Below are positions 57,389 to 64,000 of a stretch of 64,000 nucleotides of DNA, piece by piece. The notes under the pieces are model-generated. The model was not told the DNA's origin, did not search any database, and was given only the letters and a program-made list of their open reading frames with translations. Where the stretch lies: assembly GCA_041644975.1 (NCBI GenBank), contig JBAZQX010000004.1, forward strand, positions 9,189-73,188. Reading direction: 5' to 3'. The DNA comes from Candidatus Doudnabacteria bacterium. Lineage in GTDB: Bacteria > Patescibacteriota > JAQUNI01. Position 1 is the stretch's first letter. Every line of letters begins with the position of its first letter. The translations under genes were made by a program, and so were the position numbers.

Positions 57389-58429
57389 TTATTTATACTG
57401 TGTGTCCACCAACACCTCGCGCAAAAGGTCTAAATTTTCTAAAACCATGCCCGTGCCTCTAACAACACAAGTCAATGGATCATTGGCGATCTGCACGGGC
57501 ATCTGCGTCTCCCGCGCGACGAGACGGTCAAGACCACGCAGGAGCGCGCCTCCGCCCGCCAAAATAATACCCCGATCCATAATATCCGCGACGAGTTCAG
57601 GAGGGGTTTCCTCAATCGTTCCTTTAATATTAGAAACTAGATTTCTAATGGAACGTGATAAGGCTTCGCGCACCTGACTATCATTGATAATCACCTCCTT
57701 CGGCAGACCCGTGACGATGTCCCGCCCGCGCAACTTTGCTTCCAAAGGTTTCTTTAAAGGCCAGGCCGAGCCAATGGCGATTTTAATTTCTTCGGCTTTC
57801 CTTTCCCCGATTAACAAATTAAAGTGGTCACGGGAATATTGAATAACATCCTCGTTTAATTCATCTCCCGCAATCCGCAACGATCGCGCCACCACGCCCC
57901 CGCCCAGAGAAATTACCGCCATCTCGGTTGTGCCGCCGCCAATATCCACAATCATACTTCCCGAAGCGTCTTGCACGGGAAGGCGGGAACCAATGGCTGC
58001 GGCCATCGGTTCTTCAATTAAGAAAGCTTGCCTTGCGCCAGCCGTACGCGTGGCATCCTCCACCGCTCGCCGCTCCACCTCGGTGCAACCCGAAGGAATG
58101 CCAATCACTACCCTAGGTCGCGGAATGAGAGTGAACATTCCTTGGTGCACCTTCTGAATAAAATATTTTAACATTTGCTCGGTCACTTCAAAATCAGAAA
58201 TCACCCCGTCCACAAGCGGACGGGTAGCCACAATATGCATCGGTGTTCTTCCCACCATCTTTTTCGCTTCATTGCCAATTGCCAAAACCTGACCCGTCTT
58301 TGTATTCATAGCCACAACCGAAGGCTCATTAATGACGATGCCTTTCCCTCGCACATACACTAAAGTATTCGCTGTCCCTAAATCAATACCGATGTCGCGG
58401 GAAAAAGCGCCTAAAAGACGATTAAACAT
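57389..58429 (-). CDS. mreB: Rod shape-determining actin homolog MreB
   Basis: DIGIDLGTANTLVY…, DIGGGTTE, actin-fold phosphate loops. Confidence 0.9.
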   Translation of the reverse strand: MFNRLLGAFSRDIGIDLGTANTLVYVRGKGIVINEPSVVAMNTKTGQVLAIGNEAKKMVGRTPMHIVATRPLVDGVISDFEVTEQMLKYFIQKVHQGMFTLIPRPRVVIGIPSGCTEVERRAVEDATRTAGARQAFLIEEPMAAAIGSRLPVQDASGSMIVDIGGGTTEMAVISLGGGVVARSLRIAGDELNEDVIQYSRDHFNLLIGERKAEEIKIAIGSAWPLKKPLEAKLRGRDIVTGLPKEVIINDSQVREALSRSIRNLVSNIKGTIEETPPELVADIMDRGIILAGGGALLRGLDRLVARETQMPVQIANDPLTCVVRGTGMVLENLDLLREVLVDTQYK

Positions 58430-58471
58430 ATTTTAGAATTAGGAATCGGGAATTAAGTGTTTATCTCCAAT

Positions 58472-58521
58472 TTCTACTCACTCCTTTTTAAGAATTTCGT
58501 AATTTGTAGGACTCCTTATTC
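58472..58521 (-). promoter_or_regulatory. Second copy of the conserved upstream block (upstream of mreB)
   Basis: ctactcactcctttttaagaatttcgtaatttgtaggactccttattcct, 2 mismatches vs the folD copy. Confidence 0.5.
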
Positions 58522-58554
58522 CTGATTCATTATTCATTATTCCTCCCTCCCGAC

Positions 58555-60000
58555 CTAGTACGCTTGAGCGAAGAGCCAGCGATGTTTTGCGTCTTTGCCG
58601 CAGTAAATACATTTACCTGTCTCTTCCTTTGCGTCAAGTTCTAAGCATCGCGCAGTCGCGCGAGTTTCTTCTTTAATCTTATCCTCGCATTCGCTCTTCT
58701 CACACCAAAAGGCGCGCAGAAAACCCCGCTCCTTCTTCATAATATCTTGAAACTCTAAATAAGAATCAATAAGATGAGTGTGCTCTTCCGTGAATTTCTG
58801 GTGTCGCTCGAAAATCTCTTTTTGCATTATCTCCAGGATCTTGTGAACACGGGATGACAACTCTGCAAGGTTTACTTTCTCTTTGACAAAATTATCGCGC
58901 CTGACTAAGGTCGCCGCTCCCGCTTTTATTTCCTGCTCGCCAATTTCTACGCGCAGGGGCACCCCTTTCAATTCCCACTTGTTGAATTTAAAACCCGCAG
59001 TTTCTCCTTCTCTTAAATCCACTTCCACATGGAAATTTTGGAGCGACTCTTTCACCTTTTCCGCAAAACCCAATACCTTGTCCTGACTTTCTGTTTTGAA
59101 TATTGGAATAATAATAACCTGTATGGGCGCGATTTGCGGAGGGAGAACCAAACCATTATCATCGCCGCCCGCCATCACAAGACCGCCGATGCTGCGCGTG
59201 GAGAGACCCCAGCTGTTCTGCCAAGGATAAAGATTGCGCCGATCTTTGTTTTGCACGGTCCAATGGAAAGCGCGCGAGAAGTTTTGACCCAAATCATGCG
59301 AAGTGCCGCCTTGAAGAGCCCTGCCGTCCGGCATCAAAATTTCAAAGCTAAAAGTTTTTGCCGCGCCGGCAAATTTTTCACTCTCGCTCTTCACGCCCGC
59401 AATACCATAAAGAGATAAAAGCTCATTGTAGACTTTTTTGTAGGTTTGAAGCGCCCACATTACTGTTTCCAGACTCTCTTCGTAAGTCGCGTGCGCGCAG
59501 TGCCCTTCCTGCCACAAAAATTCCGAAGTCCTTAAAAACAAATAGGTTCTTTTCTCCCAGCGCACTACATTATTCCACTGGTTAATCATAATCGGCAAGT
59601 CGCGCCAAGACCTCACCCATTTCTTGTACATTTCATACATCACGGTTTCCGAGGTGGGACGGATCACAAGCTTCTCCTTTAGTTTCTCGCCGCCTGCCTC
59701 CGTGACGATGGCCGTCTGCGGGGCAAATCCCGCCACATGTTCTTTTTCTCTATTTAAGAAACTTTCTGGAATAAAAAGGGGGAAATAAGCATTTTGGACG
59801 CCATGAGCTTTAATCAAAGTGTCAAGAAAGGCTTGAATTTTCTCCCACAAAGCGTAACCATAAGGCCTAATAACCATACAGCCCTTCACGGGCGCGTAAT
59901 CCGCGAGCTCCGCTTTCAAAATAACGTCTTGATACCACTTTCTTAAATCCTTGCTCTTTTTGGTAATTTGTTTCGCTTGTTCGGTTTTATTTTTAATCAT
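58555..60000 (-). CDS. proS: Proline--tRNA ligase, archaeal/eukaryotic-type (no editing insertion, C-terminal zinc-binding domain)
   Basis: Class II motifs, 481 aa, C-terminal …CIYCGK…. Confidence 0.85.
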   Translation of the reverse strand: MIKNKTEQAKQITKKSKDLRKWYQDVILKAELADYAPVKGCMVIRPYGYALWEKIQAFLDTLIKAHGVQNAYFPLFIPESFLNREKEHVAGFAPQTAIVTEAGGEKLKEKLVIRPTSETVMYEMYKKWVRSWRDLPIMINQWNNVVRWEKRTYLFLRTSEFLWQEGHCAHATYEESLETVMWALQTYKKVYNELLSLYGIAGVKSESEKFAGAAKTFSFEILMPDGRALQGGTSHDLGQNFSRAFHWTVQNKDRRNLYPWQNSWGLSTRSIGGLVMAGGDDNGLVLPPQIAPIQVIIIPIFKTESQDKVLGFAEKVKESLQNFHVEVDLREGETAGFKFNKWELKGVPLRVEIGEQEIKAGAATLVRRDNFVKEKVNLAELSSRVHKILEIMQKEIFERHQKFTEEHTHLIDSYLEFQDIMKKERGFLRAFWCEKSECEDKIKEETRATARCLELDAKEETGKCIYCGKDAKHRWLFAQAY

Positions 60001-60015
60001 ATGGATGCAAAAAAA

Positions 60016-61113
60016 TTAGAAGAACATTTTAATTTTATCCACAATGCCGAATTTTAAAACATCACGCGACGTAATCATTAACATCAATCCCATTAAAAGC
60101 ACAAAACCCACTGTATTAGCCCATCTTTCAAACTTCCGATTCAAAGGGTGGCGGATAATGCTTTCCACGCCTAAAAAGAGCAGACGCCCGCCATCCAAAG
60201 CGGGAAAAGGAAGGATATTGATAATCGCAAGATTAATAGAAAGAAGAGCGGTAAACTGCATTAAATAGACAAACCCTAAAGCAGTCGCGCGCCCCGTCAT
60301 CACCGCCACGCCCACGGGGCCAGACAGATCCGCGGAAACTTTTCCCGTCATAATAATGTTCGAAACGAGATCATACAAAGTCTGCGCAATGAATTTCACA
60401 GCATAGGCAGTATCTATAATTCCCGCTTTCACCGCCTGTAGCAGGGGATAAGAAATAATCGCGGTTTTTACAAGCCCCACGCCCATAGGACCGTCGCCCT
60501 CGGGAAAATTAACGCGCGGCGTCCCTTTGAGGGTGATTAATTCCTTACCCCTTTCAATAAAAAAGGTGGTTTCGCGACCGCGCGATGCGTTGATTATTTG
60601 CTGCATATCCTCTATTTCTTTAATCTCCTTGCCATTGATCTCGCGCACGGTATCGCCTACCTCCAAACCTGCGGCTTCGGCGGGCGAACCTTTATTCACC
60701 TCTAGAATCTGCACTTTAGGATCCTTAACATTGCCTTTAACCTCGCCCTCCACCGTCTGTGGCGCGCCAATCTTGTAGCCCGCGGAAATTAAGACAGCAG
60801 CTAAAACAAGATTCATCACGACCCCTGCCACCAAGGTGAGAGCGCGCTTGCCATAAGACTTAGAGGCAAAACTGCGCGGATCTTGTTCTTCTCCTCCGTC
60901 TTCACCCTGAATCTTGACAAAGCCGCCTAGAGGAATAAGATTCACCGAATAAACCGTCTCCCCGCGCCGCACGGCAAAAAGACGCGGGGGAAAGCCGAAA
61001 CCGAATTCTTCTACCCCCATCCCAAATTTCTTCGCCATCACAAAATGGCCCAACTCGTGGACAAAAATCAGCAAACCCAAAATTAAAATAAAAACAAAAA
61101 GAGTAAAAAACAT
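60016..61113 (-). CDS. rseP: RIP metalloprotease RseP (site-2 protease, PDZ domain)
   Basis: HELGHFVMAKK (HExxH), PDZ, LDGG motif (NILPFPALDGGR). Confidence 0.85.
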   Translation of the reverse strand: MFFTLFVFILILGLLIFVHELGHFVMAKKFGMGVEEFGFGFPPRLFAVRRGETVYSVNLIPLGGFVKIQGEDGGEEQDPRSFASKSYGKRALTLVAGVVMNLVLAAVLISAGYKIGAPQTVEGEVKGNVKDPKVQILEVNKGSPAEAAGLEVGDTVREINGKEIKEIEDMQQIINASRGRETTFFIERGKELITLKGTPRVNFPEGDGPMGVGLVKTAIISYPLLQAVKAGIIDTAYAVKFIAQTLYDLVSNIIMTGKVSADLSGPVGVAVMTGRATALGFVYLMQFTALLSINLAIINILPFPALDGGRLLFLGVESIIRHPLNRKFERWANTVGFVLLMGLMLMITSRDVLKFGIVDKIKMFF

Positions 61114-61140
61114 AGAAATTTCTAATTGACCTAAGAGGTC

Positions 61141-61288
61141 GCGCCTGCCTGCCGGCAGGCAGGCGAAAGCGCAACACGAGTAATTGCCCGCATTAGGTCG
61201 TTCAGACTCTAATGAGTCTTCAGACTCGAAGAGCGGATCTCCAAAGCGCGAAACGGTTAATTAGACTAATTAGACATTAGATTAATGA
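61141..61288. repeat. GC-rich mosaic repeat E (copy 2)
   Basis: gcctgccggcaggcaggcgaaagcgcaacacgagta…ggtcgttcagactctaatgagtcttcagactcgaagagcggatc…cggttaattagactaattagacattagattaat. Confidence 0.75.
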
Positions 61289-61839
61289 GGCATTATTTCC
61301 TTCTCTTTCTTCTCGCTCATCGTTTCCAATTTCAGGGTATATTCCTTGGTCTTCTGATCCAATTCCTCCAAACCCCGAAACTTCTCATCCTCGGACATAG
61401 TCCCTTGTTTGGTCGCTTCTTGGACCTCTTCCCTGACTTTGTCGCGCCAATGCCGCAAAGTAATCCGACTCTGCTCCAGTTTTCCCCTCAAAACCTTGAC
61501 GAGCTGCTTCCTCCTCTCCTCCGTAAGATCAGGGAGTTTAATCCGAATGACATCCCCTTCTGTGCTGGGATTTAAACCGAGGGGGGAGCTAGCGATAGCC
61601 TTTTCCACCTCCTTGATCACATTTTGATCCCAAGGTCTCACCACTAACATATTCGGTTCCGGCGCGGAAATGCTGCCCAGTTCCCGAATCTGCATCCGCG
61701 AGCCGTAAACCTCGGCGACTAAATTTTCCACCAAAGAAGGATTTGCCCTGCCCGTCCGTATCCCCGCCAACTCTTCACTAAAATGCTTTAATACCGCTTC
61801 AAACTCGGAGACGTATTTTTTAAAGATTAACTCAAACAT
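61282..61839 (-). CDS. frr: Ribosome recycling factor
   Basis: 185 aa, …AGIRTGRANPSLVENL…IRIKLPDLTEERRK…. Confidence 0.9.
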   Translation of the reverse strand: MFELIFKKYVSEFEAVLKHFSEELAGIRTGRANPSLVENLVAEVYGSRMQIRELGSISAPEPNMLVVRPWDQNVIKEVEKAIASSPLGLNPSTEGDVIRIKLPDLTEERRKQLVKVLRGKLEQSRITLRHWRDKVREEVQEATKQGTMSEDEKFRGLEELDQKTKEYTLKLETMSEKKEKEIMPH

Positions 61840-61866
61840 ATAGTGAACCCCATTAGAGAATTTCTT

Positions 61867-61994
61867 TATCTAACCCCGTTTAAAAATTTATTTTTAACGG
61901 GGTCAGCGTCTATATTTTTCCCACCATCCCGTTACAAATTTATTTGTAACAGGATGAACTTTCTCTAACGGGGGTAAAAAAATTATTTTTTAAC
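61867..61994. repeat. Nested-hairpin element (CCCCATTAGAGAA…TCTCTAACGGGGG) with inner ccccgtttaaaaatttatttttaacgggg and cccgttacaaatttatttgtaacagg hairpins
   Basis: Related to 36194-36340. Confidence 0.75.
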
Positions 61995-63029
61995 TGCTCT
62001 CAAACCTAAATAAATAGTGTTGGAATTCACAGGATGATACCTGATGATGTGGATCGCTTCAGCCGCATACATTTTGCGCACCTGCCAAGACTCGCCCTCG
62101 TTCACCGACTTAAAAACCGTATTCCCAGCGATAAAAAACAGCTCTTCTTGATTCTGGGGATTCACCGCGACCGCCACAATCGGCAAAGAGGCGGAGGGTG
62201 TTAAAGTCTTCATCGGCGTCCAAGTCCTGCCTTCATCTTGGCTTAGAAGCAAACCATAGCTCGTCGCCAGATAAAAAGTATTATTCCGCTTATCCCTTTC
62301 TAATTGGTAAATCCCCGACCCGCCCCTAAAGGGCTTTAAACCCTCTAGGGCAATCTCCGTCCAGGAAACGCCGCCGTCCTCGCTTTTAAAAATACCCTCG
62401 GTAGATGTCACATACCACATCATTCTAGAATCCTGCTCGTCTATCTGCAGCCTTCCTGTCTTCGCCGTAAGTTCTGCTAATTTAGTCCATGTTTTACCTT
62501 GATCCTCTGATTTCAAAATCCCGCCCCAACCCGTGGTGGTAATGATATTATTATGATTATACCAATCAATTACAACATTATAAAGAGGCTGTCCCGCTAT
62601 CGCATCGGCAAAAACCATCTCCCAATTTTCTCCGCCGTCACGCGTCGCGTAGAGCCGGCCTGCCCCGCCCGAAAACACGCTCACATACATAATCTTAGGG
62701 TCGTCAGAATCAATAGCCATATCCCAAACGTCCCCAATGGTGATTTTCGTTGTCGCCCAGGTGTCCCCGTTATTATGAGAAACATACATTCCCTTGCCTT
62801 CCGACCCGAGATAAATTGTCTGCGGGTCCGTGGGGTCAAAAATAATCTTTAAGATATTTAAAGTGGCAATGCTCTGTTTCTCATCAATCTTCACTTTGAA
62901 GGCCCAGGTCTCACCCCCGTCATCCGATCGCCAAATCCCCGCCTGCTTTGACTGAAAACAACCTGGCAGGCTCAAACCTAAAAAGAGGAGGGATATAGGG
63001 AGCAAAAGAAGGAACGATTTTCGGGTCAT
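61983..63029 (-). CDS. BNR/Asp-box repeat beta-propeller protein (Ycf48-like), probable lipoprotein/secreted
   Basis: Seven S-x-D-x-G-x-(T/S)-W boxes (SDDGGETW, HNNGDTW, RDGGENW, SEDQGKTW, SEDGGVSW, SQDEGRTW, VNEGESW). N-terminal signal with LPGC. Confidence 0.7.
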   Translation of the reverse strand: MTRKSFLLLLPISLLFLGLSLPGCFQSKQAGIWRSDDGGETWAFKVKIDEKQSIATLNILKIIFDPTDPQTIYLGSEGKGMYVSHNNGDTWATTKITIGDVWDMAIDSDDPKIMYVSVFSGGAGRLYATRDGGENWEMVFADAIAGQPLYNVVIDWYNHNNIITTTGWGGILKSEDQGKTWTKLAELTAKTGRLQIDEQDSRMMWYVTSTEGIFKSEDGGVSWTEIALEGLKPFRGGSGIYQLERDKRNNTFYLATSYGLLLSQDEGRTWTPMKTLTPSASLPIVAVAVNPQNQEELFFIAGNTVFKSVNEGESWQVRKMYAAEAIHIIRYHPVNSNTIYLGLRAVKK

Positions 63030-63034
63030 AAAAA

Positions 63035-63979
63035 TTAGATATTAATTAACAATGTTTCTAAAGCCAAACGTTTACTAATATTAAATTTTAAATTTTTCAA
63101 AATGGTTTGCGTCGTTTGCGCAAGAGACAAAACCTCTCGGCTGGCGTAAGCTTGGCTTGCCTTGGCAATCTCCGGAGTAAAATCAGGATTGCTCACTAAA
63201 TCCATGCAGTTATTCTTGGCTAAGATTAAATCGTGGTAAAAAGCAAGCCACTCTCTTAGCATCTGTTCTAAAACTTTGCCGTCACGAGAGACTTTTTCCG
63301 CAAAGATAAAACGCCGAGCTAAGGAATCACTTTTTAATTGGATCAGATTGCGGACATAATTTATTTTCTTTTCCACTTCCTCGGGGTTTTGAAAATAAGT
63401 CCAAGCCAATCCCGGACGCCCTTCCGAAAGATAAGCCAAGACGCGGGCTTGCTCCGGAGAGGCTCCCGCGCTTTTTAAAAAGCTTTCTATCTCCACCCGC
63501 GCGACGCGGTAAAACTTAAAAATCTGGCACCGCGAAACAATCGTGGGCAATAAAATTTTTATAGAGGGAGCGATTAAAATTAAAATCGTCTGTCCCGCTG
63601 GTTCTTCCAAAAGCTTTAAAAAAGAATTCGCCGCTGGTCGGTTCATCTTTTCCGCGTAGGGCAGAAAGGCGATTTTATAAGGAGCAGAATAAGGAGTAAG
63701 GGCAAGATGATGTTTCAATTCCCTCATCTGGTCAATCGTCACCAATTTTTCTCCCTCCACGATTTTCACATCTGGATGAACAGTTATCTTTTCCTTGTCT
63801 TCCAAATCCAAAATTTCCGCAATAAACCGCTTTGCGATTGCTTTTTTCCCTAAATGAGGATCGCCCGCAAAAAGATAGGCATGGGCAAAATTTTTCCGCA
63901 CCAAAATATGGCTCAAAATTTCAAGCTGAATTTTATGTCCCGCAATGCCGGAAAAAACATTCTTTGGAGGGTTCGCCAT
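63035..63979 (-). CDS. holB: DNA polymerase III subunit delta-prime
   Basis: HAYLFAGDPHLGK, LKLLEEP, SRCQIFKF. Confidence 0.8.
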   Translation of the reverse strand: MANPPKNVFSGIAGHKIQLEILSHILVRKNFAHAYLFAGDPHLGKKAIAKRFIAEILDLEDKEKITVHPDVKIVEGEKLVTIDQMRELKHHLALTPYSAPYKIAFLPYAEKMNRPAANSFLKLLEEPAGQTILILIAPSIKILLPTIVSRCQIFKFYRVARVEIESFLKSAGASPEQARVLAYLSEGRPGLAWTYFQNPEEVEKKINYVRNLIQLKSDSLARRFIFAEKVSRDGKVLEQMLREWLAFYHDLILAKNNCMDLVSNPDFTPEIAKASQAYASREVLSLAQTTQTILKNLKFNISKRLALETLLINI

Positions 63980-64000
63980 ATTTTCTTTATCTGGCGCCTT

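Overview
AT-rich bacterial chromosomal segment with compact, mostly minus-strand housekeeping genes. A CPR/Patescibacteria-like genome is suggested (inference) by small gene size, an archaeal-type ProRS, many GT-C glycosyltransferases and abundant ORFans.

Core genes recognised: typA/bipA, hsp20, dnaX, gtrA-like, corA, a CDP-alcohol phosphatidyltransferase, cysS, a class I mannose-6-phosphate isomerase, dus, dnaB, ybaB, recR, rplU, a WecA/MraY-family transferase, a GT2 processive synthase, three GT39-like GT-C glycosyltransferases, ftsQ, serS, lysS (fused to a C-terminal HD domain), greA, folD, mrdA-mreD-mreC-mreB, proS, rseP, frr, a BNR-repeat propeller protein and holB.

About 5.5-23.4 kb is an accessory, visibly AT-richer segment. 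Its first part holds a GIY-YIG nuclease, a PIN protein with a small upstream partner, paralogous small membrane-anchored proteins, a 486-aa Cys-rich tandem-repeat secreted protein, a thermonuclease-Excalibur lipoprotein and an extra GT39 paralog. Its second part is a compact integrative element of about 8 kb: Xis-like HTH, a 535-aa ORFan, a putatively phage-associated small protein, a zinc-finger-TOPRIM primase fused to a P-loop domain, two ORFans and a large serine recombinase whose 3' end runs antisense through tRNA-Gln(UUG). This looks like a phage-satellite/PICI-like island.

The left edge carries a decayed sulfur locus (NitT/TauT-type binding protein, Rrf2 regulator and a truncated APS-kinase fragment).

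The window is rich in dispersed repeat families:
- a roughly 100-150 bp 'GAGTATATTTACATACC...TTTTACCCCACCCCGCTACTCACTAT' family;
- nested-hairpin 'CCCCGTTAGA...TCTAACGGGG' elements, one 29-bp copy inside the dnaX linker;
- an RPE-like 85-bp palindromic element inserted in frame in dus with a second intergenic copy;
- GC-rich mosaic repeats upstream of recR and rseP;
- AT-rich 'word-repeat' palindromic intergenic spacers, with a conserved 50-bp block upstream of both folD and mreB.
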